A stretch of 42,343 nucleotides of DNA from a virus (IMGVR_UViG_3300037424_001802:1-42343); one strand, 5' to 3'. Counted from the first letter of the stretch, positions 28,586-38,520 are shown. The notes: generated by a model not told the origin, from the letters alone. Made by a program: numbers and translations.

Positions 28586-28857
28586 ATGCTCCTGGATATT
28601 GGTTATACCCTTCTATTGGGAACAGCCAATATCCATATAGTTCCTGGGAAACCAGGATCAAAGAATATGCGTGGAATATATTAGGAAACATTTGTGAATT
28701 ATACCATGGCATTTATAAAGCTTTTCGGGACCGTTACAAATGGACACCACAGGAATTTGACATGCTTGATATCAGAAGAATAAATAGAATTTATAATGAA
28801 TTAAAAGAAGATTCGAAAAAAGATAAAAATACTATTGATGAAGATGATTTAGGGTAG
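28537..28857 (+). CDS. -1 frameshift extension of the tail chaperone (GT-like product 27716..28857)
   Basis: T TTT TTA heptamer at 28537-28543 in the chaperone frame; -1 frame is open to 28857 (YKWTPQEFDMLDIRR). Confidence 0.75.
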   Translation, partial: FFTITPETIRPKTDPVNAPGYWLYPSIGNSQYPYSSWETRIKEYAWNILGNICELYHGIYKAFRDRYKWTPQEFDMLDIRRINRIYNELKEDSKKDKNTIDEDDLG

Positions 28858-28867
28858 GCGATAAGAA

Positions 28868-30469
28868 ATGAACGTTTTATCAGGAATGAGCGGAAATTCC
28901 CGCAACATAGTAATTAGATTTGTTGCAGATACTATGCAAGCCAGCAGAAATATAGATGGACTTATCCGTAAAATGGGGCAGCTTGGAGGAACTGGGCGTG
29001 TTGGTGCTATGCCTAGAACGGCGGGTTCCCGTGGAACTAGTGACTTCGCTCAGCAAGTAATGAGAGGAACTACTCCTGTTATGGGAGATGCTACCGGTGC
29101 GGCATGGGAAGTGGCTTCGGCGGGGAGATCTTTGGCTAAGACTCTTGGTATAATTACTATTGCTCTCGCAGCATTTGGTTATGGTCTCAAACAAATATTA
29201 CATTTTGGGAATCTTATTGAACAGACTAAGATTACTTTTGAAGCCGTTACAGGTTCGGCGCATAAAGCAGTTCAAATGATAGCAGGGATGAGAGAGTTTT
29301 CCAGAAAAACTCAATTTTTACCGGAAGACATTATTGGCAGTTCCGCTATGTTGGTCAAATATGGTGTTGATCCTTTTAAAAAAGGAAAATCCGGAAGAAC
29401 AGCGATGGAACTTATGGGTGGTTTAGCGTCAATGCCTGGAATGGGAGGCCAACCAATAGGGTTAAGTAGAGCTATAAATGCCGCTATCGCAGGTAGAGAT
29501 ATTAGACCTTTAAAAGCATTAGGCCCGGATGTATTGGCTGCTTATGAAAAAGCTCGTGCTGCCGGGACATCAGGTTCCCCAGCTTATGTTAAGACAATGA
29601 TGCAGGAATTAGAAAAAATTCCTGTGATAATGAAACTTTTTGATCTTCAAATAAATTCTGTTAAAGCAAAAATGTCTACTATTGCCGGGTATGCGGAAGA
29701 AATATGGATGGATATATCCGGTGCCGGAGAAGAAAAAGGTGTTTTAACTTTCTGGTCTCAATTTAGTGAAATTTTAACAGAGATAAGAGATTCTGGAGCT
29801 GAATTAGTAAATTATTTGAAACCGTTTTTTGTTGAGTTCGGTGCGAGTATGGGTGCTGTTTTTAAATTCATGTGGGAACTCTTAAAAGGTATTTTTGGAA
29901 TAGTTAAAACAATGCTCTCGATATGGCTACAAGTATATAGGGTTATATTAGCGATAGGTACATTTTTATGGCAGACCTTTGGTAAAGCGTTAAAATTTAT
30001 TTTTGAATTAGTTGAAAAAATTTTTAATAAAATAGGTGGAGCAGGTATTGTAAACGAGATTGTTAATAGACTTATGGAGATAGTGACTTACCTTCAATCT
30101 ATGTTCCAAATAGCCGGTGTATATGTTGATCATTTTTTTCAAAACATATTAGATTGGATAGATAAATTAACTTTAAAAGGTTTTTTCAGAGATCTTTTAA
30201 ATTTAGGCACCGGAGGATTAAATAATACAGATATAAATAAAATTGATAAAGAATTAGGATTAGATAGAAAAGGAGTATCTGATTTAAGAGATAAAAAATG
30301 GTATTCCCCTCAAGATACCGGAGAATATTTAGGTGAGAAAGTATATAATTTTAATAGAAAAGTCGGTGAAGGTACTGTAAATGTTATCAATAAAGTTTTA
30401 AATATTGGGACAGTAAATGATAAATTAACTATTCAAGATCAATTAGATTGGTCAGGCGCACAACCATAA
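28868..30469 (+). CDS. Tape measure protein (short)
   Basis: IEQTKITFEAVTGSA.KA..M...FSRKTQF tape-measure domain plus amphipathic helical repeats. Confidence 0.88.
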   Translation: MNVLSGMSGNSRNIVIRFVADTMQASRNIDGLIRKMGQLGGTGRVGAMPRTAGSRGTSDFAQQVMRGTTPVMGDATGAAWEVASAGRSLAKTLGIITIALAAFGYGLKQILHFGNLIEQTKITFEAVTGSAHKAVQMIAGMREFSRKTQFLPEDIIGSSAMLVKYGVDPFKKGKSGRTAMELMGGLASMPGMGGQPIGLSRAINAAIAGRDIRPLKALGPDVLAAYEKARAAGTSGSPAYVKTMMQELEKIPVIMKLFDLQINSVKAKMSTIAGYAEEIWMDISGAGEEKGVLTFWSQFSEILTEIRDSGAELVNYLKPFFVEFGASMGAVFKFMWELLKGIFGIVKTMLSIWLQVYRVILAIGTFLWQTFGKALKFIFELVEKIFNKIGGAGIVNEIVNRLMEIVTYLQSMFQIAGVYVDHFFQNILDWIDKLTLKGFFRDLLNLGTGGLNNTDINKIDKELGLDRKGVSDLRDKKWYSPQDTGEYLGEKVYNFNRKVGEGTVNVINKVLNIGTVNDKLTIQDQLDWSGAQP

Positions 30470-30480
30470 TGGAGGAGTAA

Positions 30481-31134
30481 ATGGCTAGAGGACATGGGGT
30501 TATTATTTCGCTTGGCTCTTGGGCTTCTTTTGTATTTGAATTTAACCCAGTTGAAATAACAAGTACTAAAAAAATAAATTATGTTTCCGCTCCTAACATT
30601 GGTGGTGCTTTTCAAAAAAAATATTTCACAGGCTTTGAAACTAAAGAAATATCTTTTCAGCTTATTGTAATAGATATGGAAAGTCCTTCCGGGGTGTCTG
30701 AGGAGATAGCTTATTTTGAAGCACTTCGCGAACCCGATCCCGGTATCACCGGCGGATGGGGGTTGACCTATGGAAATGTAAATTACCCACCTCCTAAAGT
30801 AATGTTTCAATTTGGTGTATCTTATATACCTTTGGTTTGGGATGTTATGGATATTACTATAAAAGAAACACATTTTCATTCAGGGATAGTAAGAGGAATT
30901 TTAGGTATTCCAAAGAGAGCAGAAATAAATATTACTTTAAGCTTAGATGAAGAAGATCCTTTAAACAAAGCAAATCAAATAGCCAAAAAGATACAAATGT
31001 ATGCCGCTTCAGCTAAAAGTATTACTCGAGAAGTGTTATCCAATGCTAAAGGGGTTAGAAAGGAAATGCCGGGATTATTCCCATTACAAAAGAATGCGGG
31101 TAAGGGGCCAACTCGTTTGGATAGGAGATATTAA
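30481..31134 (+). CDS. Baseplate tube-initiator (CIS tube-like) protein
   Basis: FEFNPVEIT..K..NY...PPPKVMFQFG...PKRAEINITL. Confidence 0.75.
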   Translation: MARGHGVIISLGSWASFVFEFNPVEITSTKKINYVSAPNIGGAFQKKYFTGFETKEISFQLIVIDMESPSGVSEEIAYFEALREPDPGITGGWGLTYGNVNYPPPKVMFQFGVSYIPLVWDVMDITIKETHFHSGIVRGILGIPKRAEINITLSLDEEDPLNKANQIAKKIQMYAASAKSITREVLSNAKGVRKEMPGLFPLQKNAGKGPTRLDRRY

Positions 31135-31406
31135 TGCTTAGATGGGAAGCAGTTGAAGATAAAATATTATTTGATATGACGGTTAAAATGTATCGCGAAC
31201 CGTTTCATCCTTTAAAAACAGTAAAGTCCGCTTATAAAAATTTAGAATTAGACCATTATGCTTATCGACATTTAGGAAGTGAATTATATATGTATCGAAT
31301 ACTTGATACTAATTTTGAAAAATATATAGAAGAAAGAGGTGATCTTTCCAGAATGGGAGATGTATTAACCCCAACGCAGGAAGACACTTTAACAACGGTA
31401 TTGTAA
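31134..31406 (+). CDS. Baseplate LysM/gpX/gp53-like protein
   Basis: LDHYAYRHLGSE...RILDTN. Confidence 0.7.
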   Translation: MLRWEAVEDKILFDMTVKMYREPFHPLKTVKSAYKNLELDHYAYRHLGSELYMYRILDTNFEKYIEERGDLSRMGDVLTPTQEDTLTTVL

Positions 31407-32716
31407 TGGCGATAATGAAACTCTCAACAAGAGTTGTTTATTGGAAAATTGAAATAGATGGCTTTGATATTACATCTGTTATTGGACCTTATGTAAGTGA
31501 TATCAAGGTAAGATCAAGTATTCTACCATTACCTAAAATAAAAACTGCCCAGGCAAAACCAAGATTAGCTTTTCAGAATTTTAAAAGTACTAGCGAAAGA
31601 GCACCTTCTGAAGCAGATATTTCAGTGACTTCTCATGATTATATTGAGGTTATCTTTACTGAAGGGCGAAAGATTAAAATATATATGGGCTATGATCCAA
31701 TTCGTCCTCCTTTAGTCTTTTCCGGAATTATAGTTCATTTACCTGATGGCAGCGCCCGGGATATGTTGAATTATACAGTTAAAGCATTAAGTACAGAAAT
31801 TATGCTGGCACTTGAACAAAAAAATAGAGCATTTACCTCTTTAACAAAAACAGGAATTATTCAAGAAATTGCAATTGCTCATAGTCTTATTGCTATTGTT
31901 GACATTGAGGGTGATAATATTATACAAGGTAAATATCAAATGCTTCAAAGAGCTAAAACTGATCTTGAATTTCTGACTAATTGCGCGGAGGCATGGAAAT
32001 GTAAAATGTGGTTCGCTCATCCTGATATTTTATACTTTATATCGGATACAGGGGATAAAGTTCATACTTACCAACAAAAAAGTACGGTATATTTAGGATA
32101 TAGAACTGATATCATGGATTGTAATGTTGAAAGTGTGAGTTGGAAACATGAACCTCCACGGGCAGCCTTAGAATTAAATTCTGGGATTGGTGGTTTTAAT
32201 GAACAAGGAACAGTAAAAGGCATTGATGAATTTAAAATACACGCTTTAGATATTGAAACGAATAGATGGGCTACTTTTAAATTGAAAAGTAATGTCGCTA
32301 ATTTAATTAAAGATAAAAAGTTAGGAATGGAGGCTTCTGGTTCATTATTTAAAATATTAGCTCAGGGGATGTTTTCTTCTGATAACTACCAAACATTTAG
32401 AAAATATTGGAAGATCGTAGACTATGATGATAAAAATAGTCCAGACTCACCCCCCAGTTCTTCCGATTCAGGTTGGGGAATTACTGTTAATATGAACGAG
32501 GCTGATCCTACTTTATTTCCACCATTTCGTGCTGTCCTTTATTCAGGCAGTATGGATCCACACGCAGATACTTCTCATCTTCCGATTTGGCTAACATCCT
32601 GGGGGGGAGAAAAAATTGGTGCTACCCTTTTGAATATAAATGAAGTATATTTAAACTATACAAAGGGTGTTTTAACAAATGAATTTAGATGTTCAGTAAG
32701 TTTGAATTTAAGGTAA
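31406..32716 (+). CDS. Baseplate hub (gpD/gp27-like)
   Basis: IKIYMGY....VFSGII, Q..KTDLEFL...A. Confidence 0.8.
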   Translation: MAIMKLSTRVVYWKIEIDGFDITSVIGPYVSDIKVRSSILPLPKIKTAQAKPRLAFQNFKSTSERAPSEADISVTSHDYIEVIFTEGRKIKIYMGYDPIRPPLVFSGIIVHLPDGSARDMLNYTVKALSTEIMLALEQKNRAFTSLTKTGIIQEIAIAHSLIAIVDIEGDNIIQGKYQMLQRAKTDLEFLTNCAEAWKCKMWFAHPDILYFISDTGDKVHTYQQKSTVYLGYRTDIMDCNVESVSWKHEPPRAALELNSGIGGFNEQGTVKGIDEFKIHALDIETNRWATFKLKSNVANLIKDKKLGMEASGSLFKILAQGMFSSDNYQTFRKYWKIVDYDDKNSPDSPPSSSDSGWGITVNMNEADPTLFPPFRAVLYSGSMDPHADTSHLPIWLTSWGGEKIGATLLNINEVYLNYTKGVLTNEFRCSVSLNLR

Positions 32717-32719
32717 AAA

Positions 32720-33292
32720 ATGAGTAATATTTATAGTAAACATTTAGCAATAGCAAAAACGACAGACCCCGCAGATGTAGAGGCAGAATGCACAAGCCGG
32801 GGATGGCAATACGATAAAGGTGCTATATTTGTATATATTCCGGAGATAGGATTCGAAGGAACTAATATGATATATTGCAGATATGCTCTCTCTCTGCCTT
32901 ATATAAGGATTCAGGAGGGGTGGAAGCTATGGGTCGAACCTACCATCTGGAATGATAACGGAGATCAAAGATGGATTTATAGCGGTATAGCTGATTGCGG
33001 CTCAGTAAATAACTCTCCCGATACTGACACTCAACTATTAATCCAATTATTAAGTCAGGTTATATACGCAAATACAGATGGAGAAATTCATTTATCAGCG
33101 GTTGCCGCGGATGAACCTTTAGTATTAGGGAATAAATTACAAACATGGATTACAAATACATTGAAGGCTGCTTTTGATAATCACACTCATTTGTACGCTC
33201 CGGGACCAGGTGCTCCCACTCCGAGTGGAACACCAGCTACACCTTTAACAGATTCAACAGATATCTTATCAGAGAAAGTATTCACGGAGTAA
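32720..33292 (+). CDS. Baseplate central spike (gpV-like)
   Basis: EPLVLGNKL...FDNHTH....GAPT metal-binding tip motif. Confidence 0.75.
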   Translation: MSNIYSKHLAIAKTTDPADVEAECTSRGWQYDKGAIFVYIPEIGFEGTNMIYCRYALSLPYIRIQEGWKLWVEPTIWNDNGDQRWIYSGIADCGSVNNSPDTDTQLLIQLLSQVIYANTDGEIHLSAVAADEPLVLGNKLQTWITNTLKAAFDNHTHLYAPGPGAPTPSGTPATPLTDSTDILSEKVFTE

Positions 33293-33295
33293 CTA

Positions 33296-33685
33296 ATGAG
33301 AATAGATGACATGTACATAGGGAATTTAGCTTTTTTGCTAAATTATGACCTGGGAGAAACTAACTCTGAAATAGAATATGAAATATTTAAAGTCGCTTTC
33401 CAGGATGTAGAAAGTGTACATTATGACCGGCAGATGGGTGGAAATTTTAAAGATCTCGAGCAGGAACCAAATAATTTAGCTGTGGGCTTGACATTTGTAA
33501 CAAATCTGGTAAGATCAATGTATTATGTTAATCAGGAAAAAAACAGTGAACCATATATAGTTATTGGCTCGGATAGTGTTAATATTCAAAATGAAGTCTC
33601 AAGAAGTGGAAATGATGAATATGTTGTTGAAGTAAAATATATGCTAATGCAAGATTTAAATAAAGAAGGGACGGTTACAATATAA
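33296..33685 (+). CDS. Baseplate wedge gpW/gp25-like protein
   Basis: Size and position; YDRQMGG...EP. Confidence 0.65.
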   Translation: MRIDDMYIGNLAFLLNYDLGETNSEIEYEIFKVAFQDVESVHYDRQMGGNFKDLEQEPNNLAVGLTFVTNLVRSMYYVNQEKNSEPYIVIGSDSVNIQNEVSRSGNDEYVVEVKYMLMQDLNKEGTVTI

Positions 33686-33686
33686 A

Positions 33687-35312
33687 ATGATAACTAATTT
33701 GTTTAAACATAACTCACGCTCATATTATGATGTTTACAATGCCATGGTAGCGGCTTATCCGCGTAAACCTACCTGGTTATTCAAAGAAATGGCCGGGTTA
33801 TTCGATTTCTCCTCAGAACTTATGAATAGAATAGCTACTGACATTCTGTACCCAAAAACAAGAGAATCTGCATATGCTTTTGCTAATCTATGCGATTACT
33901 CACCCACAGAAGCAGACGGTGCAACAGATATATTGACGATAACCCTTTCCGGGGCAATGAGCAAAACTCTTGCTATTAGATATCAGGTCGCAGGGTCTTC
34001 CCTTGCAACAGGAAAAACAGTTATCTATGAATTAACCGCAACAGGGAATTCTGGGGGGACAGGAACTATAACAGTTGCAGCAAAGCAAAAGAAAACTGTT
34101 TCTAATGTCTTATTAGGCACCATTGCAAATTCAGATGATTTTAGCGATTACCCTATAGATGGTTACACCAAAATAATAAAAAGCTCCATCACATTAACAA
34201 TAGATTCAGTCACATGGACAAGGGTAGATAATTTTGATAATTCCGGACCCACAGATCATCATTTTATTTTAATATATCAATCAAGTAGTAAGGTAAGATA
34301 TGGATTTGGCGATGGTGTTACCGGGGCTAAACCTACAGTTAATTCGTCTGTTTATGGTAATTTTGAAACCACTGAAGGCAGCAATGGCCAAATGGATGCC
34401 GGAGAAATAACAATAAATACCGGTGGAGATAATGATATTGTTTCCATAACAAACGCGGGAAGCAGCGGCGGAAATGATTCAGAAAGTATTTCTTCGATCA
34501 TTAGAAATGCAAGAGGGAATGTAAGGCTTAAAAATATGGTTTGGTCACAGGAAGATCTCGAAACTGCTGCAAGATCATCTTCCAGCTCAGTTCAAAAAGC
34601 GTTGGGGATACCTAATGAACCAACAGTGGGAGAAGCTACCATTCAGATAATTTCTACTTTAAGTCACTCCGATAAAACAGGAGTACCAAGTGGAGGGCTG
34701 AAAAGTTCAGTGGATATCTATGTAACGGCATTAACCCAGTTTGGAGTAATGCCTATAACAATATCAGATCCTTCCACGGTAAGCGCTAATATTTCAGTTG
34801 AATTTACGGTAAGAACCGGGTATGATTTAGGAACAGTTATAAATCTGCTTGGGTTTGCAATGACATTAATAACATGCTGCGCGGATAATCAAATTACGGA
34901 ATATTATGATGATGAAGGAATAGATGCTTGCCGGGAAAACGTAATAAATGTATTATGGGATTGGGCGTTTGTTGAAGATGATAACGATGCCCTTGAATTT
35001 ATTATACAGAAGTGGCAATCATTATTGTCATCGTCCGGAAGAGAATTTAGGGACTGGGGATATTCCTTAGAAGTCGGCACAATTTGGATCATGGGAGATA
35101 GTTTAGGAGATTATGGTGTAGATACATTTAATGTGATATCACCGACAACAAATACAACTGTTACGGCAACTCAAATAATAAACACAGGAACTATTGTAGT
35201 TGCTAATGCTGATGGTTCAAGCAGCCCAAGTTCTTCACCAAGTTCTTCACCAAGTACTTCATCAAGCTCAAGCCCTAGTACTTCACCTAGTAGTAGCCCT
35301 AGTGCGAGTTAA
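33687..35312 (+). CDS. Baseplate wedge J / gp6-like protein with C-terminal Ser/Pro tail
   Basis: FGDGVTGAKP, SGGNDSESISSIIRNA, EDLETAA; ends in SSSP repeats. Confidence 0.88.
   Translation: MITNLFKHNSRSYYDVYNAMVAAYPRKPTWLFKEMAGLFDFSSELMNRIATDILYPKTRESAYAFANLCDYSPTEADGATDILTITLSGAMSKTLAIRYQVAGSSLATGKTVIYELTATGNSGGTGTITVAAKQKKTVSNVLLGTIANSDDFSDYPIDGYTKIIKSSITLTIDSVTWTRVDNFDNSGPTDHHFILIYQSSSKVRYGFGDGVTGAKPTVNSSVYGNFETTEGSNGQMDAGEITINTGGDNDIVSITNAGSSGGNDSESISSIIRNARGNVRLKNMVWSQEDLETAARSSSSSVQKALGIPNEPTVGEATIQIISTLSHSDKTGVPSGGLKSSVDIYVTALTQFGVMPITISDPSTVSANISVEFTVRTGYDLGTVINLLGFAMTLITCCADNQITEYYDDEGIDACRENVINVLWDWAFVEDDNDALEFIIQKWQSLLSSSGREFRDWGYSLEVGTIWIMGDSLGDYGVDTFNVISPTTNTTVTATQIINTGTIVVANADGSSSPSSSPSSSPSTSSSSSPSTSPSSSPSAS
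35217..35309 (+). repeat. Ser/Pro coding repeat tract 2
   Basis: 31 codons of S/P/T/A at the C-terminus. Confidence 0.95.
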
Positions 35313-35321
35313 AGGAGAAAT

Positions 35322-37994
35322 ATGGCAGATTATGATTTTATAACAACGTGTAATTGGACTACAACTGGAGCTTTTACACTTAGAGCATATATAGGTAACA
35401 CTACAGATGTAGTTACATCTGTTAGTCTTTTTTATCGTAAAAAAGGGGATCTTACATGGATTGAAACGACTGATGGTACAATCAACATTACATCTACAGG
35501 TGAATGGGAAGTTGGTAATGATTGGAATAAAAGCGGAAATGATGTATTAACTCATTCATATCATGGAATTACTGCAATTGATGCTTGTACAAGTGTTGAA
35601 TTTGATATAGATACTTTAGGTATTACAATAGGAAATTATTTTCTTTATAGATGTTGGTATAATTGTACAAATTTAACATCGATGCCTTCAGGATTCAATT
35701 TACCAACAGGTATTACAAGTGTTGGAACTTATTTTCTATATTCATGTTGGCATGGATGTAGTTCATTAACATCGATGCCTTCAGGATTCAATTTACCAAC
35801 AGGTATTACAAGTATTGGGGCTAATTTTATTCATTCTTGTTGGCGTGGATGTAGTTCATTAACATCGATGCCTTCAGGATTCAATTTACCAACAGGTATT
35901 ACAAGTGCTGAGAATGGTTTTCTTATGTATTGTTGGTATGATTGTACAAATTTAACATCGATGCCTTCAGGATTCAATTTACCAACAGGTATTACAAGTG
36001 TTGGAACTTATTTTCTTTACGCATGTTGGTATAATTGTACAAATTTAAATAATAATGATTATACAGAAGATATAGATTTTGAATATGATGCACTATATGT
36101 TTTTGATGGAACTTGTCCAATTACACCTAATAATATTAGTGGAGCTACTCCCGAAAGTCCAATTTCGGTTGCAATCAATAGATTAGCTAGTGGTAATAGT
36201 CCTAGTGCTTCACCTAGTCATAGCCCAAGTTCAAGCCCTAGTCCAAGCTCTAGCCTAAGCCCTAGTTCGAGCCCTAGTTCGAGCCCTAGTTCATCAGAAA
36301 GCCCTAGTACTTCACCTAGTTCTAGTCCAAGCTCTAGCCTAAGCCCTAGTACTTCACCTAGTTCTAGTCCAAGCTCTAGCCCTAGTTCTTCTGTGAGTTC
36401 TAGCCCAAGTTCTAGCCCTAGTTCTTCTGTGAGTTCTAGCCCAAGTTCAAGCCTAAGCCCAAGCACTTCTATGAGTTCTAGCCCAAGTTCTAGTCCAAGC
36501 ACTTCTGTAAGCTCTAGCCCAAGTTCTAGTCTAAGCCCAAGCACTTCTATAAGCTCGAGTCCAAGTTCAAGCCCTAGCCCTAGTTCTTCACCTAGTTCTA
36601 GTTTAATAATAAATTTACCTAATAATTATTTTAATTTCAATATTCCTACTTTTAATTCTGCTTTTGGACAAGACTGGACTTCTTTTCAAACTATTACTGA
36701 TGATAATGTAGATCATTCTATCGATAAAATTGTTCAGTTATATTGGCTTAAAGACCCAGCTAAGATGTCAGTCTTGGCTCTTGAAATTTCTTTACGACTT
36801 CGTGGAATTAAATTCAGTTCAACAGATTCCGTAGCAGTTAAAAAGTTTAAATTAAGAAATTTTGTGGCTCAGTTTATGAATAAAGGCTTAATGGATGCTT
36901 ATCTTGATTTAGTAGAAAATATAACAGAAGAAAGAGGAATATTAGAATTATCTTCTATTTCTAATTTTGAAGTATTTTTTGATACAAAAGCAGAATATGA
37001 ATATAATCAATATTTACCTACTCTCGCTGCCTTACCTGCAAATTATCAAATTGTTCAAAGCTCTTCCTATGTTATGAACGAAAATTATGTTTCTTGTCTT
37101 CTTTTAGATACAATAGCAGGGGAATATTATTTAGGCTGTTACCAACTTAATAATGGCATTGCTAGTCTTGTTGGAAGTTTATTTGATTTAGGTCCAGCAT
37201 CTTCTACTATTGAACTTGCAGGAATGAACAGTACTGATATTGCTACTCTTCAATATAATCTTAGCAATGGAACATTATCATATTATAGATTTAATGGAAG
37301 CACATGGTCATTAGTTGGTGATGCTCTTGTAATATCTCTATCATACAAAATAGGAAATATGAATAGTACAGATGTTATGATTGGAACATATTCCGGAATT
37401 TCTAATTATTTATCATGTTATAGATTTAATGGAAGTATATGGTCATTAGTTGGAAGTAGATCAAGTGATATTGGACATAGCATTTTATATTCCACTAGAA
37501 TAAATGATACTGATATAATGACGGTTTATGATTCCTCTCCCAATCAATGGTTTAGAAGATATAATTTTAATGGGAGCATATGGTCATTAGTATATAGTCA
37601 ATTAACACCTGATACCTCTTTAAATTACATCCCTTTTCTTTGGGATGAGAATGAACTTATTCTTGGCTCGGTAGAAGTCTTTGGAGGTCAGAATAGACAT
37701 CTTATAAGAATGGATGTTAGTAATACTCCTTGGACTATTATAGAAAATTTTGATATGAATGAAAATTATTTAGGAAATTTTTTAAAGGTTGAAGAAGAGC
37801 TGATATTCGTTTCGGATACAAATTTTTATGTTTTTGAAATAGATTCTCAAAATCTTTTCCATTGGAGTACAATAAGTGTAGAATTAGATAAAATAGAAGA
37901 ATTATTAAATGAAAAAACTATGCATCCTGCATTTTATAAAATGAATATAGTCAATGACCAATACGAAAAAAATATTTTAAGAGTTATTATTTAA
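35322..37994 (+). CDS. Baseplate wedge I-like protein fused to BspA-like LRRs, a Ser/Pro stalk and propeller-like repeats; putative receptor-binding protein
   Basis: Follows J; LKDPAKMSVLALE...KG..DAY gpI-like segment; 31-aa LRRs; YRFNGS.WSLV repeats. Confidence 0.7.
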   Translation: MADYDFITTCNWTTTGAFTLRAYIGNTTDVVTSVSLFYRKKGDLTWIETTDGTINITSTGEWEVGNDWNKSGNDVLTHSYHGITAIDACTSVEFDIDTLGITIGNYFLYRCWYNCTNLTSMPSGFNLPTGITSVGTYFLYSCWHGCSSLTSMPSGFNLPTGITSIGANFIHSCWRGCSSLTSMPSGFNLPTGITSAENGFLMYCWYDCTNLTSMPSGFNLPTGITSVGTYFLYACWYNCTNLNNNDYTEDIDFEYDALYVFDGTCPITPNNISGATPESPISVAINRLASGNSPSASPSHSPSSSPSPSSSLSPSSSPSSSPSSSESPSTSPSSSPSSSLSPSTSPSSSPSSSPSSSVSSSPSSSPSSSVSSSPSSSLSPSTSMSSSPSSSPSTSVSSSPSSSLSPSTSISSSPSSSPSPSSSPSSSLIINLPNNYFNFNIPTFNSAFGQDWTSFQTITDDNVDHSIDKIVQLYWLKDPAKMSVLALEISLRLRGIKFSSTDSVAVKKFKLRNFVAQFMNKGLMDAYLDLVENITEERGILELSSISNFEVFFDTKAEYEYNQYLPTLAALPANYQIVQSSSYVMNENYVSCLLLDTIAGEYYLGCYQLNNGIASLVGSLFDLGPASSTIELAGMNSTDIATLQYNLSNGTLSYYRFNGSTWSLVGDALVISLSYKIGNMNSTDVMIGTYSGISNYLSCYRFNGSIWSLVGSRSSDIGHSILYSTRINDTDIMTVYDSSPNQWFRRYNFNGSIWSLVYSQLTPDTSLNYIPFLWDENELILGSVEVFGGQNRHLIRMDVSNTPWTIIENFDMNENYLGNFLKVEEELIFVSDTNFYVFEIDSQNLFHWSTISVELDKIEELLNEKTMHPAFYKMNIVNDQYEKNILRVII
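35628..36044 (+). repeat. 93-nt tandem LRR-coding repeats with an invariant 48-nt core
   Basis: TTAACATCGATGCCTTCAGGATTCAATTTACCAACAGGTATTACAAGT at 35673, 35766, 35859 and 35952. Confidence 0.95.
36198..36602 (+). repeat. Ser/Pro coding repeat tract 3
   Basis: 135 codons, almost only S, P and T. Confidence 0.95.
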
Positions 37995-38428
37995 AACGAT
38001 AATCTTACCCCTAGCATATAATTTCTCATTACACATTCTAAATGGGAAAATATTCCTACCACTTGCCAAATATTTCTTAACCAATGTGTAGGTAATATAT
38101 AAGATATTAAAAAATGCGATGTCCCCCATATTCCGGCTGTAATAAACAATCTTTGTTTAGAAGGACGACTGCTTAAAATAGAATTAGCTTCAGTACTGCC
38201 ATCAGGATTTTTATGTAAAAAAGTATAAGTCTGCCACAAATCTATTCCAGCTATTGTTAAAAATCCTAATTCTAAAAAAGTATCACGAGTGTCCCATTCC
38301 TCTTTTTCCTGCCTTATCCCTTGATAATAATTTAATTCATCTGATGAAAAACTTGCTAATCTATAACTTTGAGCAAAACAACTCGAAGCAACCATCAACA
38401 CAACTAAAATCATTATTATTTGTTTCAT
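37991..38428 (-). CDS. Exported/membrane protein (moron)
   Basis: GGAGG RBS, signal peptide MKQIIMILVVLMVASSCFA, hydrophobic segments; convergent with the baseplate gene. Confidence 0.75.
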   Translation of the reverse strand: MKQIIMILVVLMVASSCFAQSYRLASFSSDELNYYQGIRQEKEEWDTRDTFLELGFLTIAGIDLWQTYTFLHKNPDGSTEANSILSSRPSKQRLFITAGIWGTSHFLISYILPTHWLRNIWQVVGIFSHLECVMRNYMLGVRLSF

Positions 38429-38520
38429 TTATTCCTCCGGTATTCTCTCCACAATATTATCCCGATTATTATGAAGCAAATAATTCCGAATATAATCGCT
38501 CTTATCATTCTAATATCCAT
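38425..38520 (-). CDS. Small single-TM peptide (31 aa; alternative start 38508)
   Basis: MDIRMIRAIIFGIICFIIIGIILWREYRRNK; its TGA overlaps the next ATG (ATGA). Confidence 0.6.
   Translation of the reverse strand: MDIRMIRAIIFGIICFIIIGIILWREYRRNK

Noticed and set aside
30439-30879. Minus-strand ORFs inside structural genes (this one and similar)
   Set aside because: They overlap confidently called plus-strand genes and have no motifs.
35673-35999. CRISPR-like array (48-nt repeats, 45-nt spacers)
   Set aside because: The period is a multiple of three inside a long ORF, the 'spacers' are homologous to each other and encode LRR residues, and there are no cas genes or leader.
36218-36544. Minus-strand LGLE-repeat ORFs (also 13521..13709)
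   Set aside because: Antisense shadows of the Ser/Pro codon repeats.
24888-37994. Stand-alone contractile injection system or tailocin
   Set aside because: Terminase, portal, scaffold and capsid genes are linked, so this is a phage.
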